Below, one piece after another: positions 26,480-40,316 of a stretch of DNA of 64,000 nt; the stretch's first letter is position 1; every line of letters begins with the position of its first letter. Both the position numbers and the translations under genes were made by a program. Location: contig OX597816.1 in NCBI GenBank assembly GCA_951406725.2, forward strand, positions 64,108,001 through 64,172,000, read 5' to 3'. The notes beneath the pieces were generated by a model, which saw nothing but the letters and a program-made list of their open reading frames with translations, did no database searches and was not told the DNA's origin. This DNA is from Octopus vulgaris. Taxonomy: Eukaryota.

Positions 26480-27070
26480 AGATGTTTGTGAAGTTGTTGG
26501 TGTTTGTCTCGATTTTGTTGCCAAGATTACGCGTATTTGTATCATTTCAGGTAAATCTTTCCATGACCCATTTTGTATGGAGGTGGGTAAAAGATCACCA
26601 ACATATTTAGATTTAATTAAATGCTTAGATATGATTTCGGTAATGAACATGACGTTGCACAGTGCGGTTGGTTTCTGCCCCGTTTTTTTGTGGCTGATCG
26701 GTACGTCTAGGTTTTCGTCTCCAAGTGTTCCCGTATTTTGACAACTGATGCGCAAACTTATGCGTTGATTGGTATCCCATTTGAACTGAAACTCGTTCCT
26801 CTCTGTATTAACAATTATTCCATCACAGTAAGGCTCATCAGAATAATACAAGTTGTCGGAACCGTACGGAATGAATATCATGTGATAAGAGGAACACGTA
26901 ATATCCGGAAGAGTCAGAGGGGTTAGAGCCCAGCAGCTATAGAAGAAAAATCGATAGCTGATAGAGTCGCCAGCCGCAAAACCAGTGGTTCTATTCAGAT
27001 GATTAATATCATGCTGAGAGTTGGCATGTAAGTGAATCCATGCCCGAACGATGATAGCGCACGGATCAGC
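26480..27070 (-). pseudogene. Possible decayed monocarboxylate-transporter-like (SLC16/MFS) pseudogene
   Basis: Across frames: SFGHGFTYMPTLSMI / NRTTGFAAG / LFRIL...YSFRT...IILMSL, similar to the SLC16 TM4-TM6 pattern. Recognised by eye only. Confidence 0.35.
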
Positions 27071-27232
27071 TTCACTCAAAAGTAGATTGACAGGAAGCTA
27101 TTTCTTATTTCTTTATTGCCCAAAAGAGGCTAAACGTAGAGGGGACAAACAAGGACAGACAAACGGATTAAGTCGATTATATGGACCCCAAAACGATGTT
27201 ATCTTATCTGTCAGCTCACCATCTTCCCACCA

Positions 27233-27599
27233 TCTCTATATAAATAAACAGCAAAATGTCTGTCTGTGTGCGTGTCCTTTATACAAATCCACAATTTTTC
27301 AGTTAGAGGGCTCGCACTTTCTATGGTCATTCAAAACCGTCCAAGGGTGGTCGTGCACATCTTTACATTTCCCCAGTCACCCAGCAAAGCCATTAAAAAT
27401 CAATCGAAGTGACTTTTTTATGAATTTTCTATCCAAAACCCAATCAAAATGCCCGAAACTTGATACGCCAATTGAATGCCAGCTAGCTTTATGTGATTGG
27501 TCGGAGATTTGGACAGTACTCGCGTGTATGTGCGCAAGCACGCAACTGTATATGCATGCAGTAGCACTATGACCCGGCGTTACCGGGTCATAGTGCTAG
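27233..27599 (+). mobile_element. Non-autonomous Helitron
   Basis: A|TC 5' end, CTAG|T 3' end, 16-bp perfect terminal hairpin 27562-27598; second copy at 60414-60759. Confidence 0.85.
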
Positions 27600-28399
27600 T
27601 ATATAATAATCCTTTCTATTATAGGGCACAAGAGCTGACATTTTAGGAGAGGTGGGGGATAATCGATTACATTGATCCTGCCTTATCTAAATGTATGATA
27701 ACGGTTTCAAATTTTAGCACAAAGCCAGAATTTTCGGGAGAGTGGATAAACCGATGATTTCAATCCCAGTGCGCAACTGGTATTTATTTTATCTACGCAG
27801 AATTGAGGAAAGGCAAATGTGACCTTGACGACATTTGAACTTTAAACGTTAAACCGGAAAAAATGCAGCTAGAGCTTTCTACTTTCCGGCCTGCCATCGG
27901 ATCTATCAGATCATCGCCTTCCCTGTATATACTATAATTCTTTATATTACAAGGCCTAACATTATTGGGGAAAACGGTTTGTTGATTATATCCATCTCCG
28001 CCTTTCCAACATATATAATGACAAATTGTGTGTATTCTACCTCAGAATCAAATGGAAACCTTTAGAACTAACGGGACCCGTGAATATTTCACGAAATTAA
28101 TGGTAAACCTATTTCGATATTTCCGAATACTTTATTTAAAAAGCCTGTAAGTGTAGCCTGTGTTGTGTCTATATGGAAAGATAGTCGCTCATCTGCTGCT
28201 CATTGAAAAGTGAAAGAAATTGGAATATGATGATTACTTAATACACTGTATAAACGCACTCTATATATGCTCTTTATAATTCATGCACAATTTTATACAC
28301 TTACAAAATAGCACTCATAAAATAAATATTCACTCTTATTTTTACATTTTCTGCATAAACGAAAATGCAATTTTTCTTACATATGATACAAGCTTTAGT

Positions 28400-28675
28400 T
28401 AAATTTCATATATTTGCCACGTAAATAGGTGTGAATATTTCCCGAAATTGCAATTATGCGCATGCGTTTAGTGATATGTGATATAAGAAACTTCGTCCAA
28501 TTTTTAAAAAATACACTCTTCACTATCCAATCACCACCGCAATTTCCACTACCTCAATGTCTACCACCACTAGTACCTCCACCCCAACCACCACAACCAC
28601 CACCACCACAACCACCACCACCATCTTCATTTTTCTCTCCCTCTCATCCTCGACTCTCCCTCCTTTCTTTCTCCC

Positions 28676-28748
<73 letters not shown>

Positions 28749-29141
28749 CTTTCTGCCTTTCTTTAACTTCACCATCTGAACATCACCCCTCTACTAAAAT
28801 TATATCTTTAACTCTCCTCCTATACATTCAACTAAATTTTTCAACCCAGTAATGAATATTACGTTTCCCCTACCTCACGTCTTGGACGCTTCTCTCTCCG
28901 TCTTCTTCTTTTTTCTCCCCCTTTCTCTCTCACTCTTCGCCTTATCCTTTTTTTCTGTCTCCTTTTTCTTTACCCTCTCTTTTCCTTCAACTAATCACGA
29001 GGATGCGTTACAATTACATGCCCTCTACTTCACGTCATGGACGCTTAGCTCTCCCTCTTTTTTCTCTAATCACGTGAAAGCCTTACCGCCGCGCTAAGTA
29101 ACGCAATGATAAGCAGAATTATACTGACATTATTATACAGA
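28400..29141 (-). mobile_element. Possible Helitron-derived fragment
   Basis: Minus strand begins a|tctgtataataat, like the other Helitron 5' ends; no 3' CTAG or hairpin found, so the left boundary is arbitrary. Confidence 0.3.
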
Positions 29142-29773
29142 TCTTTATTGTTTCCATATATAGCTGTCGGTTTTAGAAGCTTGAAAACAATCTTATTGTA
29201 ATTTAAGGACATCTCACTTGCCTTTAGCTAAGCATGATTTAGCTTTTCTAATTTAGAGTCAGGCCTGACACATTTTCAGGAATCGTAAACTCTCCGTCTC
29301 TGATTAACTTACCTCATTCTAATTTCATTTAGAGACGGCTATTTTACGTAAAGTGTCTTTCTTTCTAAAGAGAATATTGAAAGGAATTTAGTTGCTAATT
29401 GCCGACATGTTCTGGAAAATAGGGAAACCGTGCTTGCTTCCCATTCACGCATATCAACAAAACGCGCTCGTTCACACAGGCGTGCGCGAGAGTAATTTAC
29501 TATCTAATTGGCAGAAGTTACGAAGTAACAAGAGATTCGTGCGTGGAGTTTATCAAAGTAACAATATCGATGCACGAAACACTCCGCCTTTCTGTTTCCT
29601 TGTACATTCTGCCGATTGACATAATGATATTTACTCGTGTGTTTTGTTCTGCTTATTTGTATACCAATTCTGTATATAGTACACATACTCTTTTACTCTT
29701 TTAATATGGAAGATTGTCCTTCTTTCGGAGTTCGTAATAAGAGAAAGCTAAATTGCTCATTTTGTTACTTTCT

Positions 29774-29943
29774 GTTCTACATTTAAGAGATGAGGAATTA
29801 TATACATTATTTACAATTGACGGATATTTGTCCTCATCTTGTTTGTTGTTAACATAACGTTTCGGCTGATATACCCTCCAGCCTTCTTCAGGTGTCTTGG
29901 GGAAATTTCGAACCTTGCTTCTCGTTCCTAAGGTATTTTTCGA

Positions 29944-29983
<40 letters not shown>

Positions 29984-30058
29984 ATTACTGCCCGGAATCG
30001 AACTCGGAATCTTGGGGTGAGTAGCCCGCACTATTAACCACTACGCCATATGCCCGTG
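29774..30058 (-). mobile_element. SINE family C (hammerhead-tailed)
   Basis: Best-preserved tRNA head (tggcgtagtgg, gagttcgattc), then (AAT)n and tail. Confidence 0.87.
29851..29896 (-). ncRNA. Minimal type I hammerhead (CUGAAGA core, one stem I mismatch)
   Basis: Minus strand gacac-CTGAAGA-a-ggctg..cagcc-GAAA-cg-TT-atgtt. Confidence 0.65.
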
Positions 30059-30352
30059 GGCATATGTTAGTTTCTGTTTAGCTGTTTGATTATTGCCAGT
30101 CTGAGTTACCCAAAGCAGTACAAACTGCGTCCTCCTCAGGTTAGTGCCGAGCAGACGTTAAACGGAGATCCTGAATGGTTAATCGTGGATTCGAGATTAC
30201 CAAAATATTACCATTTACTCTATTTCCCATGTCTTCGCTACCCCTGCTTGTTTATATGAACATATGTGTGTCTGTGTATGTGCGTGTGAATGCGTACTAC
30301 ATACATGACTACATAGACATTCACACACACGCAAATATACATACACACATAT

Positions 30353-30769
<417 letters not shown>

Positions 30770-31154
30770 TAGTTCGTATTTATATAACAGAAATCAATGA
30801 GACTAGTAATCTGATTGTTATTGCTTTAGTAGGAAAACAATGTATTTATTAAAAAGCATATCAGAAAGAATAGATATTGCCATTCAGATGTAGCTCTGTC
30901 TTCATAGATGTCAGAGAATGAAATGGTGAAAAAATAATGAAGTGTTTTATGGCCTATCTGTCTAACTGACTCCACCTGATAGCGCACGCAGATCAACGCA
31001 AGCGTGTATGGCTAGACTGCTTGTTGAAGGTTAAGAGATACCTGGTGAGAGAAGGAGAAGGAATCAAGATGCAACACTAAACCACACCTGAATTTATGGT
31101 AGACATTACGAACTGAGGGAAAAAAAAAGCAACGGAATTCAACACGGAATTACA

Positions 31155-31546
31155 CTCTCTTACTCTTTTACTTGTTTCAGTCATTTGACTGCAGCGATGC
31201 TGGAGCACCGCCTTTAGTCGAACAAATCGACCCCGGGATTTATTCTTTTTTAAGCCTAGTACTTATTCTAGTACCGCTAAGTTACGGGGACGTAAACACA
31301 TCATCATCCGTTGCTAAGCGATGTTGTGGGGACAAACACAGACACACAAACATACACACACATACACATACATATATATACATACACGGGCTTATTTCAG
31401 TTTCCGTCTACCAAATCCACTCACAAGGCTCTGATCGGCCACAGGCTATAGTAGAAGACAGTTACCCAAGGTTCCACGCAGTGGGACTGAACCCGGAACC
31501 ATGTGGTTTGTAAGCAAGCAACTTACCACTCAGCCACTCCTGCGCC
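31155..31546 (-). mobile_element. tRNA-derived SINE family A
   Basis: Homology to 4077-4480. Confidence 0.88.
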
Positions 31547-31558
31547 TATACACACACA

Positions 31559-31624
<66 letters not shown>

Positions 31625-31638
31625 CATATATATATATA

Positions 31639-31685
<47 letters not shown>

Positions 31686-31687
<2 letters not shown>

Positions 31688-32690
31688 CTTGATCACTTTG
31701 ACCAACCAGTCCGTCAGGCGTCCATTTGACACCGCTGGTCACAGCACGCTGTCCACTCCTCTCTGGACCGCGCCTTTCTCATCCACGTGATCCCAATCGT
31801 CCTCTTGAAATCGTCATTCCACCGTCGTGGAGGTCTTCCGGGTGGTCTTTTCCGCTCACGCGGGTACCACTCCGCAGCTGCGTGCGTCCACCGATTATCG
31901 GTGAGCCGGGCGACGTGTCCAGCCCATCTATACTTGCTGCGAGTATACTCTGCGATGACATCCCTCACGCCGGACTTCTTTCTGATAATGTTGCTATTTA
32001 TGTGCTCTCTCAACGAGATACCAAGCATTGACCTTTCATGGCTCTTTGAGCCGTTATCAGACTTTGCTCTTCTCTCTTTGTGGTAGCCCATGTTTCACTA
32101 CCATATAACATTGCAGGCAGAACTGCACTGTTAATGAGGTTGGCGCGGGTGGTTCTGTCCAACCTTCCCTTGAGCACATCTCTTATGCCATTGAACACCT
32201 TCCATCCGGCCCTTACTCTCCATGAGATCTCCTTTTTGATATCCCGGCACATATTTACTTCCTGTCCCAGGTAGACATATTCTCTCACCTCGTCTATTTC
32301 ATCACTGCCGATCACCATTCGACCTGTTGGTACGTTGTCTGACCGCATGAACTTTGTTTTCATGCGGTTCATCTTGAGACCTACTGCAGAACTTTTGATG
32401 TCGAGCTCCGTCAGCATGGTCTGAAGCTGATCCATGTTTTCAGCGATGAGTACGATGTCGTCAGTGAAACGGGGGTGAGTGAGGAGCCCGCCATTGATGT
32501 TGACACCACCTTGCCATTCGATGCCTCTGATGATCTGTTCGAGACATGCAGTAAAAAGTTTTGGGGAGATTGTATCTCCTTGCTTCACTTCCTTCTCGAC
32601 CGGCACTCGTATGGGTGATGACAGTAGAGCTATGTCGGTGGTGCATCCGGAATTTGCCTCTCTGAGCAGCTGCACATATTGCGCTTCGAT
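31686..32690 (-). mobile_element. RTE-clade LINE, 5'-truncated 3' portion
   Basis: VKQGDTISPKLF, RFTDDIVL, YVYLGQ, LYGSETW, RWAGHVAR and KRPPGRPPRRW in ORFs 32010-32675 and 31714-32091. Confidence 0.92.
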
Positions 32691-32733
32691 TCGTTATATA
32701 TACTATATATATATAGTATAATGTAAAGTATAA

Positions 32734-32968
32734 TAGCCATCTCAATATGGCTAACCACAAAGGGGGGGGGGTGTTACTGTAGCTTTTTAGCCCCAGGAGA
32801 TCATCGTCTCCAGCTGGCTTTGGCACACTATCTGTGCCCTTATGGTATTTGCAAAGGGAGGCCATCCCTTTCTCGTAAGCCTAAGTGATACGCACCGGAC
32901 TGAAGCGCATTGTGACCAGTGATGTGTAGCAACATCTGATAGCCTGGTCGGTCACGGTGATCACGGCG
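32734..32968 (+). mobile_element. Short non-tRNA element with the same RTE-like tail as family E
   Basis: Tail gaagcgcattgtgaccag.gatgtgtagcaacatctgatagcctggtcggtcacggtgatcacg matches the reverse complement of 30355-30425. Confidence 0.65.
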
Positions 32969-32981
32969 ATATATATACATA

Positions 32982-33140
32982 TATACGACAGGCGTCTTTC
33001 AGTTTCCGTCTGCCAAATCCACTCACAAGGCTTTGGTTGGCCCGAGGCTACAGTAGAAGACAATTACCCAAGCTGCCACGCAGTGGGACTGAACCATGTG
33101 GTTGGTAAGCAAGCTACTTACCACACAGCCACTCCTGCTC
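32982..33140 (-). mobile_element. SINE family A, head half
   Basis: Homology to 4077-4245. Confidence 0.8.
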
Positions 33141-33593
33141 CTGAAGCGAAGTTCTTAACGCAAGTCCTGGCCTTTGAGATAGAATATGTTTAAAGAACTG
33201 AAAACGTAAAACACTTAGGTCAATCTCTCCTATTGAACCCACAGTTCTCGTCACTAGGAACAGAAAATTTTGCATTAGGAGTACATTTTACCGAGATATC
33301 AAAAGTCCAAAATCAGTATTCATGATTGTTCATTTTCGTTATGATACATTCCGAAGTAACATACCATTAGTGTTGTTTAATACCATTATAATTTGTTTAA
33401 TACAAAATTATTTTATTCAGTAAACAGTATTATCAATAACGTGGGAAATTATATCCTTCATGGTTGAGAAGGTATTATAATATGCCAATATATCCTGTGT
33501 GGTAGTTCTATTATTATATAACTTTGTTTAAATGAAAATCTAGATTCGTATCTCCGTAATTGTACACATACATACATACATATATACATATAC

Positions 33594-33625
<32 letters not shown>

Positions 33626-33929
33626 GGCATCATATATGAATGACGAGGATTTATGGACGCTCACTACTTTCCCAGGGGCTATTAAATGTGCGTAAATGAT
33701 GCATTCAATGCTGGAAAGTGAAATAGTCTACACTTCATTTATCACGATATTTAACTTAGAAATTCAAAAAATTTCAAGTCAAAATGTATAATGATTTACC
33801 AATTACTTGTAGATGACTTCCTGTGACCGTACACAAGAGACGAATGCCTTAATTTCTAGTTGACATACATATATGTGAGTGTGTCTGTGTCTGTGTGATT
33901 CTGTGTGTCTGTGTCTTTATATATATATA

Positions 33930-34037
<108 letters not shown>

Positions 34038-34613
34038 CATATATATATGTGTGTGTATATATATATATATATGTGTGTGTATATATATATATATATATAT
34101 GTATGTATATGTATATAAATATAGACATATATACATATAAAAGGAAATTTTCTGATTATTCTTGAACAATCCATGAGGACAAATTTTGTCGCTAAAGTTC
34201 TTATACTGCGTCATAAAAGCCGACGTCGGCATAATGCATACGAAACTACAAGAACTGTAACAAACAAGCAGATGCTGGAGGGAGGTGGACATTATTTATT
34301 TGTAGTAGTCTAGCAATAGATGTCTAGACAGTATAATTTAATATACGCAGTTCTCTTTACAATGTAAGGTGAAGAATCATATTTAAAATCAAGTAGACAG
34401 ATTTATCTAAGAGAAATTGATGATTGTTCACTCAGACTGTCTTTCAAACAGTAACCTTGTTTGCTTGTATGTACACATACACGCTCAAACACACATATAC
34501 ACCATACATACATCCATGTGTGTGTATATATATATACTTACATACATACATATATATATATATATATACATACATATATATATATGCATACATACTTACA
34601 TACATATACATAC

Positions 34614-34685
<72 letters not shown>

Positions 34686-34984
34686 GTTATGTATCTATGA
34701 ATGATTATTTCTTCTCTGTTCCTAGGTGGTGTTAAATCAATTCTTCCATGTGTGTTTAATACTGACATCAAAAAGTAATTTACGTTCATTCGAAGGAAAC
34801 AAACATCATGTGATTTTAAAAATCACACACACAGTTGTCATACCTATATACACACACGCGCAAATACACATTCACACACACACACGCATTCATTCACACA
34901 ACCACAACCACACACAAACACTCACCGGTGCAACTATACGTATTAAAGTCCCACATTTACAAACCTGATTCATGTGTACGAGTG

Positions 34985-35116
<132 letters not shown>

Positions 35117-35870
35117 TATATACATACATATTTATATATGTGTATCTGTGTGTGTGTGTATGAATACCTATCGGGTATCTATGAATATAGTTACATACAT
35201 TTGTATGTATGTGTTATAAATGTTAGGACTCTACCGAGAAGGGAAAAACAGCAAGAAGCAGAATTAAGAATGTGTGTGTGTGTCTGTGTGTGTGTCTCTG
35301 TGTGTGTCTGTGTGTTAAGTAATTCGATAGAATGCTTATCTAATATTTGAATTGCTTTGGGTAACATCATCCTAAAGTTCAATGTTCAATACGGAAACAG
35401 TTACACGCAGTTTCTTCGTTTTGTGTTTATTTTACATCCAGCTATCAACTAACTAAGAATACATTCGAAAATGTAACTTGCGTGATATTGTCAGTAACCC
35501 CACCAACACGGTCACATTCATCCACCGTGGACTGTCAAGAGTTCAGAGTTGCAGCGAAACTGATCTATTGACCTGCTGTTTAGACTACCAGCTATGTGGA
35601 GCTCCGCGGGCTAAAACAACTAAGTAGACATGTACGCACCGTTATTCGGACAACGAATCTTCTCTAAGCTTTTGGTATTGGCATTCCTCTAGGATGCTTA
35701 AAACAAGACGTGCATAATCGTTAGACTAGCGTTCAAGAAGCTTGCTTTTTAACCACGCCGTCTCCAGTTCAGTTCCACAGCGCGGTAACATTAACAACTC
35801 TTTTCTACAATATCTCTGGGGTGATCAATGTCCCGTGAATAAATTAGATGAAATTATATTTTAACCAGTC

Positions 35871-35927
<57 letters not shown>

Positions 35928-35928
<1 letters not shown>

Positions 35929-36012
35929 CTGAAGATTGCTCGACATTTTAAAACTGATGTAATACTTACAGTGTTTAATAAAATGAAGTAGCATGAAACG
36001 ATTGTACCACAT
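35928..36012 (+). ncRNA. 5'-truncated type I hammerhead motif
   Basis: CTGAAGA-ttgct...agcat-GAAA-cgattg-TA-ccacat; stem III is identical to the 51.8-kb HHR; the 5' strand of stem I is replaced by (TA)n. Confidence 0.5.
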
Positions 36013-36106
36013 AACCTCGGATATACTTGTTGCTTATTGTGATATATATATATATATTAAACATTGTAAGTATTACATCAGTTTTAAAATGTCGAGCAAT
36101 CTTCAG

Positions 36107-36137
<31 letters not shown>

Positions 36138-39017
36138 CGTGTGTGGCGAGAGGGATGCATGTATGTATGCATGCATATATATATGTATTATATATATTAA
36201 ACGTTGACAACTAGAATGTATAATTGCATACACTGCAATGTCCAGTCGCTGCTGTCGAAACTTATGTAGGTCAGATGTATATGCTGTAGAAGACTTAAAG
36301 AAAGCGGTTTTCGGATATGAACGCGGGCTATGACTATATACTCAAAAATCAAGGACACAGCGCGTTGCCGTAAATTGAACTCACGAATTCACGATCGTGA
36401 GCTGAATACCCTAACCACTAAGCCAGGCATCTTCACACGTATGAGGAGTAGACCACTTAGAACTAGAAGCCAAATATACCTATCATCTAGAATTATACGC
36501 CAAATCCCTCACATATATCATCCTATCGTCTGCAAATAAACGAACACATTAGATATTTTGGTTCTAGATACATTATGTCGGAATAAAACGTTTGATCACA
36601 ACGATTGAAAAGCTTTTGATCATAGGTTTTATTGGCCAGAGCTTAACTAGTGATAAACAACTACAAGCAAAACACTGAAGTAAATTTGCTGTCTCTTCAT
36701 AGCCATCTCGTTCTTTACGTTCGGTTAGGTTTTGATATCGTTACATACAATGCATTAATATCATATATAACACCGTGAAGAGAATTTACAGACAGTGTTT
36801 ATACAGAAAGTCTCTTCCTTCAGGGTGAGTTCTTCATCCCTCACATCATTCATATTTCACATCACCACACAGTGAGGTATTTATATATAGAAAACCATTA
36901 TTAGATTTATAACGAGCAGTAAGCTAACAGAATCATTAGCATTTCTTCCGGCTTTACGTTCCGATTTCAGATTCCGCTGATATCATTTCGAGGTCGATAA
37001 AATAAGTGCAAGACAAAATATTGGGATTGATGTGACTGAGTAGTCCTTACCCCAAAGATCTTGATCCTTCTACCTATAGTTGAAAAGATTATTAGATATA
37101 TAAGATGGCAAATTCTCTCTAATCGAAAGGGCTCCAGAGTTCGGCGCCTGCAAGACACCCAGACGTTCGAGGACACACTTCGTTATTGTTCGTTTCCCCC
37201 TCAACATGCTGCAATTGCTGTGAGCTCAGTGACTCCCAACCCCGCAATACTTCTCGATCCCTGTATTTTAAAGGGGCGGCCTTGTCACATTCTTTGTCAC
37301 GCGAAATCTAACTTGAAAACTATGTTAAGGGGGGTATGTGTGTCCGTAGTGTGTTCGGCCATCTACACACTAATTTCAAGAGCAAGCTGTTCTGTTGATC
37401 GGTTCAACTGGAACCCTCGTCGTCGTAACCAAATCGGCGGCGAGAGACAGACAGACAGACAGAGTCAGAGACAGAGTCAGAGACAGAGTCAGAGACAGAG
37501 TCAGAGACAGAGAGGGATGGAGTGAAGGAACCCGCGGAAAAGTTGTCAAGAATACCCGGGATATTGAGATACCAGCAGAAATGTACTGGGAAATATGCTG
37601 GAACACTGAATGAACGAAAGAACTTTGAGAATTATCTAATTTTCTTCGTTATTTGTTCCGAGACACTAAGCATATCGCTGGGTCACTAAATACATCACCG
37701 GTTCACTCGATGTCGATTCTTCCTTAATCGATTGGGTGACGTGAGATATGGAGAAAGCTGCCTTAAGTTGTCTAGAACACTCGAAAAGAGATAAAAACAG
37801 AAATGTCCTAGTTAACCTGGCGGAAGTTCTCAGGGGACAAAAATAAATGATGATAATTAACCAGAAAATTATCATTAGAAATAAAAAGGATACGCAACAG
37901 CAATAAAATAATTTTCTTCGTCGTTGGACCAGGAACAAATTCTCTAGTCATATGAAATGGAAGACAATTTATGGAAATTAACGTTTTCTATGGTTATTAA
38001 CGATACGTATACATAGCAGATGCGAGGATTAAGTAAATTTAAATGAAGTCACCAACTTTATATTATGAATAGAGTCTGGGCGTCAGATTCGATCTAATTG
38101 GAACAGCATTACCATTCGACTAGTTGGCGCCTACGCTTCGTGGTCGTTCCTTTGGTACTCTCTGCGCTCCGACCTGCAACGCTCAATGTGAGTGTGACGA
38201 TTGCTCGGCAGCCGACAGCTCCGTTACGCCTCCCTCACTTCTTTATTGGATCGAATGTATGAGAAAGGGAGAAGGAGAAGGAAAGAGAGAGAGAGAGAGG
38301 GGGGGAGGGAGAGAGCCGTGACAAGTTGTTCCGGTCATATTAGATACCACCAAAAATGGACTGACAAACGTCCTAGTAACTTGAAGGTGAAGAAAGAACT
38401 CGAGACCAAACTTGTAGTATGCTGGCAAATTTTAATAAAATGGCAAAATATTAGAGGAGGGAATAAATTGATTATTTCGAACTTGAATGGTTCGTCATCT
38501 TAACGACATCGAAAGGATGAAAGGGGAAGCGCTAAATTCAGAATGTAAAGAGTCGGAAATATTGAAGTCACCTAAGAATTAAACTGTAATATATACCTTG
38601 AAAACGAAATAGTAGAGCACTGATAGTCGAAGTTTCCATCGTTGTTCCACCAGCACCAAATAATAGTCTAGTTACATAAAATGAGAGTCAATAGAAATTA
38701 ACACTGTCCCTAGATTGTTGGCAATCTTTATAAAGTGCAGATTCGAGAATTAAGTGAAGTTTAATGAAATCAAATGTTGTGTGTTAGATATTGAGTGCCA
38801 GAGTCAGATTCTGTCAAATCCAAAGGGGTTCCACAGACGATACTCAAACAACAAATAATGATACAATAATTACTACTTCTCATTATTACACTTCTACGAG
38901 CTAAATATAAAGTTGCAACATTTAGCCTTTAATTGGTAATAATTAAATCGGAAATTCACTATCAACCTATCCGTCTATCTATCTATCTGTCTGTCTGTCA
39001 GTTTCTCTGTATGTATG

Positions 39018-39048
<31 letters not shown>

Positions 39049-40003
39049 ATCTGTCTGTTTGTCTGTCTGCCTGTCTATCTACATATCTATCTCTAATTTT
39101 ATTTATTGATTTATTTATTCACCTATCTATCTAGCACTTTCTATCTCTCTCTCCCACTCTCTCTCTTTATGTATATATATATATATGTCTATGTGTGTAT
39201 GTATATGTATATATATATATATATATATATACATACATAAATATATATGTACATATAAACATACATACATAGATACATAAATATATATGTACACATATAT
39301 ATATATATATATACATACAAATATATATATATATATATACATACATAAATATATATGTACATACATATATATATATACATACAAATATATATATATATAT
39401 ACATATCTACACACAAACACAGAGCACACACACACACAAGTATTCAGATAGATACAATTCATTGTTCACTACTAACACAATGGCGTTGATGAAACCGATG
39501 TGTTATAGAAAGCTATTCATTTTAGATTTAGTTATGCTTGAATAAGCTAAGAGCAATTATCATACGTGGACACAGAACGGATGCTCTTCCGCTTGGAGAA
39601 CACGTCACGAAATTTCTCCAAAACTAAATATATATTTATGCACACAACCGCACACGCATAACGTGCGTACCTACGCACGTTTGTAAGTAAATGTAAGTGT
39701 ATGTATGTATTTGTGTATGCATGTATGTATGTATGTATGTATGTAAGAAGTATACACACGCATATTCATACATGTAATTTGAAGTAGAATCCTTCTGACG
39801 AGATGTACATTTTCTCTTTATCTAATTTCACTGACTCGAGGCTATACAAAATGATATTTGCTCAAAATGCCACACCGTGTTTCGAAAGCTTGACTTCGTT
39901 TCATTGAAGCAAATTCATTCAGCAATCAGTCAGTATATAAGTTTATATACATGTCTGTGTGTGTCTGTGTGTATGTATTATGTACGTACGTATCTATGTC
40001 TGT

Positions 40004-40078
<75 letters not shown>

Positions 40079-40180
40079 TCAAAAAGAAGGTGAAAAAATT
40101 GGATATTAATTTAATAACATCAATTTAAACACCAGTGGTCTGGCGCATAAAAGACTGAGATTCAGTAAATATTAATACAC

Positions 40181-40316
40181 AAATATGAGAGAGAATCCAC
40201 CATGTAGACACTCTTACGCTAGAGATAGATCCGCAAAGGGACTCAACCACTTGAGTCCCTTTGGAGATCTATCTCTAGCGTAAGAGCGTCCACATAGTGG
40301 ATTCTCTCTCATATTT
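40181..40316. repeat. Fold-back palindrome, 66-bp arms, 4-nt loop
   Basis: aaatatgagagagaatccac...gggactcaa-ccac-ttgagtccc...gtggattctctctcatattt. Confidence 0.92.

Noticed and set aside
26444-27079. 211-aa ORF as an intact gene
   Set aside because: Non-ATG start and no recognisable domain in that frame; better explained as decayed sequence.
29380-29620. CpG-enriched patch with a reverse CCAAT
   Set aside because: Too short, with no other support for a promoter call.
32734-32830. HDV-like or twister ribozyme in the head of the RTE-tailed element
   Set aside because: Only isolated hairpins and a GCTAA; required pseudoknot pairings not found.
40100-40175. Minus-strand attta-ctgaat...taaat HHR-like arrangement
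   Set aside because: Lacks G8/A9 and GAAA.
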